Positions 35,716-44,888 of a stretch of 64,000 nucleotides of DNA are shown here, in pieces. The first letter of the stretch is position 1. Each line of letters opens with the position of its first letter. The stretch is from an uncultured delta proteobacterium. Lineage in GTDB: Bacteria; Desulfobacterota; Binatia; Binatales; Binataceae. Below the pieces are notes generated by a model that saw nothing but the letters and a program-made list of their open reading frames with translations, was not told the DNA's origin and did not search any database. The stretch lies in NCBI GenBank assembly GCA_963794325.1, contig CAWCDG010000004.1, forward strand, positions 512,001 to 576,000. The letters run 5' to 3'. The position numbers were made by a program, and so were the translations under genes.

Positions 35716-37155
35716 TTACGAATGCGGGTAGGCGTCGCTTCCCATTTCTAGCGCATCGAGGCCCGACCATTCCACTTCCACCAGCACGCGGTTGCCGACG
35801 GTGCGCTCGACGATTTTGAAGAACAGCATCGCCAGTCCGAATACCACGACGATGTTCACCGTCACGCCGATCAGCTGCGCGAAAAATTGGCCGACGTCGC
35901 CATAGAGCAGCCCCGTCACTGGACCGGCGACGCCGTTCCATCCATCGCCGTAGGTGCCGTCGGCAAACAGGCCGAGTGCGAGCGCGCCCCATATTCCGCA
36001 TGCGCCATGGACGGCGATCGCGCCGACCGGATCGTCGATTCGGAAGCGGCGTTCGATCTCGAGGACTGCCCACACCACCAGCAGTCCCGCAACGGTTCCG
36101 ATCAAAACCGCGGCCGCCGGCGTTACGAATGCGCATGGGGCGGTGATCGCGACGAGTCCGCCGAGCAGGCCGTTGCTGGCCATCGCGATGTCGGGCTTGT
36201 TGTAGCGATGCCACAGATAGAGCAGTGCCGCGAGCGCTCCGGCGGCCGACGACAGCATCGTGTTCACGCCAATGATCGCGATTCGTGGATCAGATGCGGC
36301 CAACGTCGAGCCGCAGTTGAAGCCGAACCATCCGAACGCGAGTATCAATGTTCCGCTCACAGCCATCGGCAGGTTGTGTCCCGGCAGAGCGCCGATTGTG
36401 CCGTCGCGCCGGAATTTTCCGATGCGCGGGCCCACCATGTAAGCGCCGGCGAGTGCGGTCACTCCGCCCGTCATATGCACGACTGACGATCCCGCGAAAT
36501 CGAGATGTCCGTGGCCGAGGCCCAGATTGACACCGAGCTGCGAGAGCCATCCGCCGCCCCACACCCAGTTGCCGTACAGCGGGTAGAGGAACATCGACAT
36601 GAAAATTCCGTAGATGAAGAACGCTTTGAACTTCCATCGCTCGGCCATCGCACCGGTGGGAATGGTCGCGGCGGTGTCCATGAACACCAGCGTGAATAGA
36701 AACATGCCGAGGCTCGCCGGATCGCGGCTGACGTTGAGCAGCGCGAACTTGCTGAACCCGAGGATGCCGTACGAATGCGCCCCGATTGTGATCGACAGCT
36801 CGTGATGACCGATCGCGCCCATGCCGAGGGACGGCCAATGCGCGACGCCGCCCATCATGAAGCCGTAGCCGGTGAGCCAAAACCCGAGGATGCCGATCGG
36901 ATAGATGATCAGGTTCATCGCCATGGTATTGACCGCGTTCTTGGAGCGCGTGAACCCGGTCTCGACCATCGCGAATCCGAGCTGCATGAACATCACAAGG
37001 AAGCCGGCGACCAGCAGCCATGCGAGATTCAGTGAATTGTCCAGCGGTGGCGACGACGCGGCGGTCTGCGCATTCGCGACAACGGGAAAGGCGAAAAGCG
37101 CCGGCGCAATGAAAACCGCGGCGACCAATCCGGGTTGCGATCGTCTCGGCATCAT
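35716..37155 (-). CDS. amt: ammonium transporter (Amt), copy 1
   Basis: FMQLGFAMVETG, DFAGSSVVH, WFGFN and DDPVGAIAVHG; twin His intact; ATGA overlap with the kinase stop. Confidence 0.93.
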   Translation of the reverse strand: MMPRRSQPGLVAAVFIAPALFAFPVVANAQTAASSPPLDNSLNLAWLLVAGFLVMFMQLGFAMVETGFTRSKNAVNTMAMNLIIYPIGILGFWLTGYGFMMGGVAHWPSLGMGAIGHHELSITIGAHSYGILGFSKFALLNVSRDPASLGMFLFTLVFMDTAATIPTGAMAERWKFKAFFIYGIFMSMFLYPLYGNWVWGGGWLSQLGVNLGLGHGHLDFAGSSVVHMTGGVTALAGAYMVGPRIGKFRRDGTIGALPGHNLPMAVSGTLILAFGWFGFNCGSTLAASDPRIAIIGVNTMLSSAAGALAALLYLWHRYNKPDIAMASNGLLGGLVAITAPCAFVTPAAAVLIGTVAGLLVVWAVLEIERRFRIDDPVGAIAVHGACGIWGALALGLFADGTYGDGWNGVAGPVTGLLYGDVGQFFAQLIGVTVNIVVVFGLAMLFFKIVERTVGNRVLVEVEWSGLDALEMGSDAYPHS

Positions 37156-38168
37156 CTCGTCTGCCCTCGATATGACCGGCGCGGAGGAGTTTTCGCCGCC
37201 GGGAAACGGTTTGCGAGCCAAATCAGGAATAGAAATGCTCCAATGAGTGACGTGAAAAACGCTACGTAGCCAAGCCGGCGGCGCATGTTCTGCATCGCGA
37301 GGCTGCGTGGATGGAGGTGCTCGGCGCGATTCTGCGGGACGACCCGCGATGGATCGCGCAGGTCTTCGATCATCTGGCCGGCCGTAGCATAGCGGTCGCG
37401 CGGATTGCGCTCGATCGCATGGAGCACGATCTCTTCGAGCTTGGGATCAAGATCCGGCTTGAATGCGCTCGGCGGCTGCGGATCTTCCGCGGTCTTGGAG
37501 CGCATCACGTTGTAAACATTGGGGCCCGAGTATGGCAGGTGGCCGGTCAGCATTTCGTAGAGAATCACGCCGAGCGAATAGACGTCGGTGCGGACGTCGC
37601 CGCGCCGGCCGCTGACCTGCTCGGGCGCCATGTAGTCGGGAGTGCCAATCGTCGATGACAACCCGGACCAGGTCAGTCGCCGCGCGGATTCGTCGAGCGC
37701 GATTCCGAAGTCCATGATCTTGGTCTGCCCTTCGGCGGTCACCAGGATGTTTTCCGGCTTCAGATCGCGATGCACCACGCCTTCGCCGTGCATGTACACG
37801 AGTGTCTCCGCCAATTGGCGCGCGAGACCAAGCGCCCGTTCCGCCGGCATCCCGTCGGCGCTGCGCATCAACGCGCGCAGCGAATCGCCCTCGATGTACT
37901 CCATCGCGATGTACATGCGGCTCTTCTTTCGCGGCGCGAGAACCTTGACGATGCCCGGATGGTTGAGGCGGAGCCCGACTTCCTCTTCGCGCTGAAAGCG
38001 GCCGTAGAAAACCACGTCGCTCTCGAACTGCATGTAGGGGACTTTGATCGCGACGGTGTTGCCGTCGATTTGATCGATGGCTTTGAAGATCGACGCCATC
38101 CCGCTGCGCGCGATCACCTCGATCAACTTGTACTGATCGAGGTTTTCACCGACGCTGACCTCGCGCAT
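37152..38168 (-). CDS. Hanks-type Ser/Thr protein kinase with C-terminal TM anchor
   Basis: VAIK, HRDLKPEN, DFG, GTPDYMAPE and DVYSLG; hydrophobic C-terminal helix. Confidence 0.93.
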   Translation of the reverse strand: MREVSVGENLDQYKLIEVIARSGMASIFKAIDQIDGNTVAIKVPYMQFESDVVFYGRFQREEEVGLRLNHPGIVKVLAPRKKSRMYIAMEYIEGDSLRALMRSADGMPAERALGLARQLAETLVYMHGEGVVHRDLKPENILVTAEGQTKIMDFGIALDESARRLTWSGLSSTIGTPDYMAPEQVSGRRGDVRTDVYSLGVILYEMLTGHLPYSGPNVYNVMRSKTAEDPQPPSAFKPDLDPKLEEIVLHAIERNPRDRYATAGQMIEDLRDPSRVVPQNRAEHLHPRSLAMQNMRRRLGYVAFFTSLIGAFLFLIWLANRFPAAKTPPRRSYRGQTR

Positions 38169-38245
38169 TTTGTAGACCGTCTCGGGGTAAAAGGGTCAGC
38201 GGACGTTAACATCCGGCACTCCGCCAAGGGAAGGGCCCGACGGCT

Positions 38246-39073
38246 TCATCGCCGGAACAATCGGCTCAGGCGGTCGCGCCAGCCGCCCGTCGCCGCTGTG
38301 TGGCCGGTGTGGGAGGTCATGCGGAAGACTGCGCAGGTCAGGTTGTCGCGCGTGCCGCGACTGTTGGCGGTATCGATCAGAGTGCGGCAGGCGGTTTCGG
38401 CGTCGACGTCGCGGGTTAGCGATTCGAGTTCCTTGTCTTCGAGGGTGTTGTAGAGGCCGTCGCTGCATAGGATCAGCCGGTCGCGTTCCATCAGCGGCAG
38501 AGTGATTCGATCGATCGACGCTATCAGCTCGCGACCAAGGCTGCGCAGAAGCATCCCGCGCTCGGGATGAGTCTTCGCGCGCGCGGCGGTCATCAGGCCC
38601 AGCCTGACCTTGTCTGCGACCATCGTGTGATCTTTGGTGACCACCGAGATTGAGCTGTGGCGAATCAGGTGCAACCGGCAATCTCCGATATGCACCGCCG
38701 ACAGAATCCCCTTGTCGACTGCGACCGCCGTCATCGTGGTCGCCATGCGCGACAGTTCCGGCACGGTCAGCGCCTTGTCATGAATTCCGATATTGGCCCG
38801 TGTGATCGCGCGATAGAGCCGCTTGGCCGATCCCCAAGCCGGCGGGCTTTCGCGGTAAGCTTCGAGCAGGATGTCGACCGCCATCCGGCTGGCGATTTCG
38901 CCGCCTTCGTAGCCGCCGACGCCGTCGGCGACCGTGAACACCACGCTGTCAGGACTCTCGATGTAATGACCGCACGAGTCTTCATTGTCGGGCCGTGTCG
39001 TGCCGACATCGGACAGCAGCGCCAATTCGAATGCCTGCTCCGCAGAAGGAGGAGCGGAAATTGGCGAATCCAT
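38246..39073 (-). CDS. PP2C-family Ser/Thr phosphatase
   Basis: NED, VADGVGG, GDCR, LCSDGL and DN motifs. Confidence 0.93.
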   Translation of the reverse strand: MDSPISAPPSAEQAFELALLSDVGTTRPDNEDSCGHYIESPDSVVFTVADGVGGYEGGEIASRMAVDILLEAYRESPPAWGSAKRLYRAITRANIGIHDKALTVPELSRMATTMTAVAVDKGILSAVHIGDCRLHLIRHSSISVVTKDHTMVADKVRLGLMTAARAKTHPERGMLLRSLGRELIASIDRITLPLMERDRLILCSDGLYNTLEDKELESLTRDVDAETACRTLIDTANSRGTRDNLTCAVFRMTSHTGHTAATGGWRDRLSRLFRR

Positions 39074-39133
39074 TTCCGGCAAACTACCCAGAGAAACGAC
39101 CTGACGTAAAGTCGATTAGGAGTGAACGGCCAA

Positions 39134-39165
39134 GGGGCGGGCCGCGATCGCTCGCGGCTCGCCCC
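39134..39165. other. strong GC hairpin between the APC permease and PP2C genes
   Basis: GGGGCGGGCCGCG-N6-CGCGGCTCGCCCC; no clear U-tract. Confidence 0.45.
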
Positions 39166-39198
39166 AGGGATTTATTCGCCAGACCAGCCTGTTCGGGA

Positions 39199-40854
39199 TC
39201 AGGCGGGCTTGGTTACGAGAATCGTCTCTTTGCCCTTCTTCTTCGAGTTACGTAGGAAGTAAATCGCTCCGTAGATTCCCCAAATCACCGAGATGCCAAC
39301 TGCCATCAGCGGTTCCTTCACACTGCCGAGTCCTTCGATTGGCCCGATGATGTAGAACGCCATGCAGGCAAAGTTCGCAATCGCGCCGAAAACCGGGATG
39401 ACCATGTGCTTGAAGCCGCTGAATTCGTGGTGTTCGCGGAAGGCTACAATGGCGACGATATTGGTCAGTCCGTACAGCGCGAAGGTGCCAAAGTTTGAAA
39501 CCAATGTCACCAGGGCCAGTCCGTTGGGCAGCGATGACAGCGACGCGTTGGAGCTCATTCCGACCGCATACCAAAGGTTGTGCGGCAGGGTCGCGATAGT
39601 CTTGTCATCCGGGGCTGCCGAGCCGGCGAAAAAGTATAGTGCAGCGTATGCGCCGAGGACCGCCGAAATCGTGGCGAGCGTCCAGATTGCGCGATGCGGC
39701 GTGAGGTTCTCGCCGTGGAGAATTCCGAAATGCTCCGGCACTTCGTCATCCCGGCCCATTGCGTAGGTCACGCGGGCACCGGTGTTGATGCAACTCAATG
39801 TCGTTCCGATCAGGGCAAGGAACACCGTCAGGGCTTCCATGAGCATGAAGGCCTGCCCGTGCCCGCCTAACAGCGCGTTCCCAAGGATCACCATCATGTC
39901 GCCGATCGGGGCCGCAGATCCTTTTGCATCCGCAAGGCTGTATGCACTGCTCAGGAAATAGTTAGCCGCGAAGTATTCGATCAGGTAGCAGAACAAGCAT
40001 TGGATCGTCAGCGAGAGTATGACGGCGCGCGGGATATCGCGTTTCGGGTTCAACGCTTCCTCACCGAGCGAGGTGACTGACTCAAAACCAACCAGCAGCA
40101 GGATAGCTACCGTCGCCTGAAGCATCACCCAGTTGAAGTTGTGCGGAAGTATTACCGACAACGCGCTCGTATGAGACGGCGTGTCGCCGGTCAGAGAGTA
40201 GTGCAGGACCTTCGAGGTTCCGTCCAGGGCGAGACCCGTCGAGCCGTCGGGATGTCCCAGGCGGTAGGCGATCGCCAACGCCGAAAAGAACAGCAGCGCG
40301 ATGATCTGAATCGCGTTGATCGCGATGTTGACGTTGGTCGAACCGTTGACGCCCTGAAACGCGATCCACGCGACCGCGTACGAGAAAACGATCGCAACCA
40401 GCGCCATGAAGACCGGCCCGGGCACGCCCGCGTTCATCGTCGAAGGCGCGACGCTACCGACGATGTAGCCGATCATTACGCCCATGGTCGCGACCATCAC
40501 GCCTGGATAGACCCAGTAGTAAAGGTGCGACGCCCACCCAATTGTGAATTTCGCGATGCGTGCAAACCGGTATGCGTGGGTCTTGCCGAGGAACGCCTGC
40601 TCGGCAAAGAGATACGAACTGCCTGCCCCTGGATAGAGTTTGGCCAATTCCGAGTACGAGATCGCCGTCGCATATGCCAGCACCAAGGCCGCGAAGATTC
40701 CTGCCCACATAGCGAGACCAGACGGATATGCGTATCCAGCCTGCACGACAAACGTGATCCACAGGAAAGCTCCTGGGGCGATGAGCGCCATCGCATTGAC
40801 CGTGACTCCGGTCAAGCCGAGGGTCGGCACCATCTTTTTCTGTTCTTCAGCCAT
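39199..40854 (-). CDS. APC-superfamily permease
   Basis: Multi-TM; ELAKLYPGAGSSY, GFESVTSLGEE..NPKRDIPRA and ARVTYAMGRD; GGAGG RBS. Confidence 0.9.
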   Translation of the reverse strand: MAEEQKKMVPTLGLTGVTVNAMALIAPGAFLWITFVVQAGYAYPSGLAMWAGIFAALVLAYATAISYSELAKLYPGAGSSYLFAEQAFLGKTHAYRFARIAKFTIGWASHLYYWVYPGVMVATMGVMIGYIVGSVAPSTMNAGVPGPVFMALVAIVFSYAVAWIAFQGVNGSTNVNIAINAIQIIALLFFSALAIAYRLGHPDGSTGLALDGTSKVLHYSLTGDTPSHTSALSVILPHNFNWVMLQATVAILLLVGFESVTSLGEEALNPKRDIPRAVILSLTIQCLFCYLIEYFAANYFLSSAYSLADAKGSAAPIGDMMVILGNALLGGHGQAFMLMEALTVFLALIGTTLSCINTGARVTYAMGRDDEVPEHFGILHGENLTPHRAIWTLATISAVLGAYAALYFFAGSAAPDDKTIATLPHNLWYAVGMSSNASLSSLPNGLALVTLVSNFGTFALYGLTNIVAIVAFREHHEFSGFKHMVIPVFGAIANFACMAFYIIGPIEGLGSVKEPLMAVGISVIWGIYGAIYFLRNSKKKGKETILVTKPA

Positions 40855-40936
40855 CTTGCCTCCTTCGATTCACGGCGGAGGTTTGTCCGCCGCGGCGCGC
40901 GTCGCTCCCGTTACGGGCGGGAGCACAGAGGCTCAA

Positions 40937-40952
40937 AGCATGAAAAGTGCCA
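40937..40952 (-). promoter_or_regulatory. sigma54 (-24/-12) promoter upstream of the APC permease
   Basis: Minus strand TGGCAC-TTTTC-ATGCT (GG-N10-GC). Confidence 0.65.
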
Positions 40953-41204
40953 TTTTAAAAACGAATGAATACCGATGAAAAATGCAACGCAGTGCACAAA
41001 GGAAAGGCACCCGCCTGTTTGACAGTCATCAGCGCGGTAAAATCCGGTCCTCAGTACTCTCTAATTGGCCAGCGACTCGAACCGCCAGTTAGCCAGGCCG
41101 GCCCCGAGTCGGTGGCTGATTCCGACTGAGGCCGGCCCGTTGGTTCCGTGCGCATGGATGACTCCCGTAAAGTCTCCATGCTGCAGCCCACATCGCGAAG
41201 GTTC

Positions 41205-42761
41205 CTATGCCACCTTCTTTTGTTTTGAAGGCCGGGCCATGGTGCGCCTGCCGACGGGTACGTCGTCGATCGTCTTGGGACATCCGTCGTCGCCGGTGAC
41301 TACGTATTCCGGGTACGCCGGGAAGCCGTGCTCGCTGAGATCGAGTCCTTCGATTTCCCCTTCGGTCGGGATGCGCAGTCTGAAGGCGTATTTGACTCCA
41401 TACATCAGCGCCATCGAGGCCACGAAGGTTGCTATCGTAATCGAGAAGCTGCCGATCATTTGTGCTTTCAGAACACCAAAGCCGCCGCCGTAGAACAGTC
41501 CCGTGACTACGCTGCTGGTGTCCGCTCCGGTCGCAGTCGGCGCACCGTACTTGCCGGCGGCGAAGAGCCCCAGCGAGAGCGTGCCCCAGATTCCCGCGAT
41601 CATATGCACCGGGACGGCGCCAATCGGATCGTCGATGCGCAGGTATTCGAGCAAGTCGATACCCCAGACCACCACGAGGCCGGCGCCGATGCCGAGCAGA
41701 AACGCGCCTTCGGGATCGACCCAGTAACAGGGACAGGTGATCGCAACGAGGCCCGCCAGGAATCCGTTAACCGTCAGCGCGAGATCCCATTTGCCAGCCT
41801 TGTAGTACGAATAGAAGAGCGAGGTCAGTCCTGCCGAGCATGCGGCGATGGTCGTGTTGAACGAAACGCGGCCGATGCCCTGCGCGTCCATTGCGGACAG
41901 CGTGCTGCCCGGATTGAATCCGTACCATCCAAACCAAAGGATCAGACCGCCGGTCGCGCCGATGATCAAATCGTGCGGTTTCATCGGTGCGCCGCCATCG
42001 CGTTTGAAGACCCGGCCGAGGCGAGGTCCGAGCGCGATTGCGCCGGCCAGTGAGATCGTTCCGCCGATCGTGTGCACGACGGTCGATCCGGCGAAGTCGT
42101 GGAAGTTAACCGGGTTCAGGTTCGCCAGCCATCCGTCCGGACCCCATGCCCAGTGACCGATGATCGGGTAGATGAAGCCGGTTACGCCGACGCTGTAGAG
42201 CAGGTCGCCAATGAAGTCGCATCGACCAATCATCGCGCCCGAGGTTACCGTCGAGCAGGTGTCCGCGAACGCATACTGGAAGACCCAATACGCGAGCAGC
42301 GGAACGCCGGTGGTGCCGTAGGTCGGGGCGAGTCCATGCAGCATGAAGCCGGTGGTGCCGATCCACGGCGTCCCCGGACAGAACATGAATGCGAAGCCCC
42401 ATAGCCAGAAGGTCACGCCGCAGATGCAGGTGTCGGCGATTCCCTCGACGAGGATGTTTACCGTCTCGCGCGATCGGGCGAATCCCGACTCGAGCATGAC
42501 GAAGCCGACCTGCATGCAGAACACCAGGTACGCCGCGACCAGCGTCCATACGGTGTTGATCGCGTTGACTTGCGGCGGAGGCAGCGCTGGCGCAGCGTCT
42601 GCGTATGCCATCGCCGGCAGGTACCATTTTGAAATCAGCAAGAGAACGAGCCCGAGCCCGATCATCTTGCCTGCCATCAGGTAACCCGCGTTGCGGCGGA
42701 CCATCGGGTCTCGCCAGCTTTCGCGGATTCTCTCCCACAATCCTGTTGCTCCTGAGTACAT
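41205..42761 (-). CDS. amt: ammonium transporter (Amt), copy 2
   Basis: MQVGFVMLESG, DFAGSTVVH, WYGFN and DDPIGAVPVH; GGAGG RBS before ATG 42761. Confidence 0.93.
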   Translation of the reverse strand: MYSGATGLWERIRESWRDPMVRRNAGYLMAGKMIGLGLVLLLISKWYLPAMAYADAAPALPPPQVNAINTVWTLVAAYLVFCMQVGFVMLESGFARSRETVNILVEGIADTCICGVTFWLWGFAFMFCPGTPWIGTTGFMLHGLAPTYGTTGVPLLAYWVFQYAFADTCSTVTSGAMIGRCDFIGDLLYSVGVTGFIYPIIGHWAWGPDGWLANLNPVNFHDFAGSTVVHTIGGTISLAGAIALGPRLGRVFKRDGGAPMKPHDLIIGATGGLILWFGWYGFNPGSTLSAMDAQGIGRVSFNTTIAACSAGLTSLFYSYYKAGKWDLALTVNGFLAGLVAITCPCYWVDPEGAFLLGIGAGLVVVWGIDLLEYLRIDDPIGAVPVHMIAGIWGTLSLGLFAAGKYGAPTATGADTSSVVTGLFYGGGFGVLKAQMIGSFSITIATFVASMALMYGVKYAFRLRIPTEGEIEGLDLSEHGFPAYPEYVVTGDDGCPKTIDDVPVGRRTMARPSKQKKVA

Positions 42762-42851
42762 CGATCGTTTCCCTCCGAAAGTTGGTTTTGGCGTTGGCCT
42801 GCGCGCCACCGCGCGGCGCGACGGACGCCTGATCGCGCCGCATGGTGTGAG

Positions 42852-42867
42852 AGCAAGACGTATGCCT
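42852..42867 (-). promoter_or_regulatory. sigma54 (-24/-12) promoter upstream of amt copy 2
   Basis: Minus strand AGGCAT-ACGTC-TTGCT (GG-N10-GC). Confidence 0.6.
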
Positions 42868-43076
42868 CGACGCCAAAAATTCGGAGTGCAATCAACGATG
42901 GATTAAGGACTAGACCTATCGATGGAGCCAACGATCCATCTTAGGTTTCAAATTCTCGCTTAACTCGGAGTGATCATCGCAGACGCGAGAAATCCGACGA
43001 GAATGACGATGCCGCAAGTAACGGCAGTGCCCGTCATATGCGCATCAGTGCGAGCGGCCTGTCACGATCATTCTGG

Positions 43077-43697
43077 TCAGCGACTGCGATCGAGTACCGC
43101 GACCATACCGGTCTTGATCGCGTAATGCGTCAGCTCGAGACGATCGCGCACGGCAAGCTTTTGAAAAATATTGTTGAGATGAGTTTTGACGGTACTCTCG
43201 GTTATCGAGAGTCGATCTGCAACTTCGATATTCCTCAGGCCAGAAGCCACATAGCGAACAATTTCGGATTCTCGCGGCGTCAATTCCTTACCGCTCGAAC
43301 TTTCCTGTCGCGCAAATTCCGTTTGCACCATCGGCGGCATCCAGACCAAACCATCCGCGACCGATCGCAAAGCCATCATCAGGGTCTCGATCGCAAATCG
43401 CTTCTGCACGACGCCCTTGGCGCCGAGGCGCAGGGCTCTGACCCCATTTTCGGCGCTCTCGCTCGCAGTCAGCACGATCACGTTGGTCAGACGGCTGAGT
43501 CGCGGGATGTCTTCCATCATCCAACGGTCCATCTGCAGGTCGAGTAGAAGGATGTCGCAGTCGGTCGCGGAAACCACCGGAGCTACATCATCTGAGGATT
43601 CTATTTCAGCGACGACCTGGGTATCCGGTTGAAGCAGCAGCAGCGACTTGAGCCCTTGCCGGAAGAGGGCGTGATCGTCGGCGATAATTAAACGCAT
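43077..43697 (-). CDS. NarL/LuxR-family response regulator
   Basis: IADDH, LLDLQM and LTPRESEI..VASG..N..VA..L.I...TVKTH motifs. Confidence 0.93.
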   Translation of the reverse strand: MRLIIADDHALFRQGLKSLLLLQPDTQVVAEIESSDDVAPVVSATDCDILLLDLQMDRWMMEDIPRLSRLTNVIVLTASESAENGVRALRLGAKGVVQKRFAIETLMMALRSVADGLVWMPPMVQTEFARQESSSGKELTPRESEIVRYVASGLRNIEVADRLSITESTVKTHLNNIFQKLAVRDRLELTHYAIKTGMVAVLDRSR

Positions 43698-43705
43698 TAG
43701 TGTTG

Positions 43706-44788
43706 CTATATCTGACTGTTAGGAAGCTCGATTTGCAGCCGCGTGCTGCCATCGCTGTGCATGCTCATGTGCCCTTCCAGTTCCGCGACTCTCGAGGCTA
43801 TCGCCCATGGCCGCGACGACGAGTCCGACAAGCCCACGCCGTCATCCTCGATAGTGATCGAAACCTTGTCCTCGACCTCGTGCACGTCGATTCTTACCAG
43901 GTTAGCCAGTCCATGGCTTCGTGAATTGCGGAGACCTTCAAGCATGATCTGCAGTATATGCTCGCCGAGGAGACTGCCTCCACTGAAGTCGGCTCGAACC
44001 TCAAAGCTTGGATCGGAACTGCGCGCGGCGAATTCCGCCGCGGGTCTCTGCTCGATGCCGGCGAGCGAGCGCAGATAGATTCGAACCGCATCGTACTCCC
44101 GCGCAACGCCGGCTTGCAGGTCAGTGATTTCTGTCAGCGCATCTTGAGGACGATTGCGACTCAGTAGCGCGCGACAGGTCTCGAGCCGCAGGTTCACTCC
44201 GGCCAGGGCCTGCACGTAACCGTCGTGCAATGAACGGGCGATTGATTGCCGCTCGGTGCGAGTTTCGAGCTCGCGTAGCTCTGCCTCAAACAGGGCGCGC
44301 TGTTGCGAGAAGAATCCAATCAAATATCCGGCGATCGCAAGATAGACCGCCCGCATATCGTAAACACTGGTGATTCCTTGAGTCAGCACTATCACCAGCA
44401 AATACAGCGCCACGCTGCAAACCGTCACGGTTGCTATAGGACGCGAGCGGGCGCGGTTTCCGGCGGCGATAATCGCGAAGACAAAGAATACGTACGAAGC
44501 GCTGGTTTGTCCTTCGGTTATGAATGCGATCGCGGTCGCGAAGAACAGGTCGAAGCAGGTTGAAAGCACCTGTAGATTCCAGTCCGAATATCGGCGGCTC
44601 AGCGCGAAATACATTCCGATGCTGTACGCCAGATGGCACAGGAGGGTCGTCAACGCGTAGGCGTTCAGATGAAACAGGCCGCCAGCGGTGCTCGGATCGA
44701 TATACAGGGACAGCATCGCGATCAGCGACAGCGCGATTCGCGCTCGAGCGATGCTCAAATCCAGATTCTGGAACGCAGGCAGGTTCAT
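43706..44788 (-). CDS. membrane sensor histidine kinase (HisKA_3 type)
   Basis: Multi-TM N-terminus, IARSLHD H-box, EGLRN N-box, DDGVG. Confidence 0.85.
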   Translation of the reverse strand: MNLPAFQNLDLSIARARIALSLIAMLSLYIDPSTAGGLFHLNAYALTTLLCHLAYSIGMYFALSRRYSDWNLQVLSTCFDLFFATAIAFITEGQTSASYVFFVFAIIAAGNRARSRPIATVTVCSVALYLLVIVLTQGITSVYDMRAVYLAIAGYLIGFFSQQRALFEAELRELETRTERQSIARSLHDGYVQALAGVNLRLETCRALLSRNRPQDALTEITDLQAGVAREYDAVRIYLRSLAGIEQRPAAEFAARSSDPSFEVRADFSGGSLLGEHILQIMLEGLRNSRSHGLANLVRIDVHEVEDKVSITIEDDGVGLSDSSSRPWAIASRVAELEGHMSMHSDGSTRLQIELPNSQI

Positions 44789-44888
44789 GGAACTATCAAC
44801 CTCTGCGAAAGAATAACCAGATCGAATCGAGTGAACATAGGCACTCGAGCCTGGCAGACCTTTAAGCGCGCACGATTCTTGAGACTGG

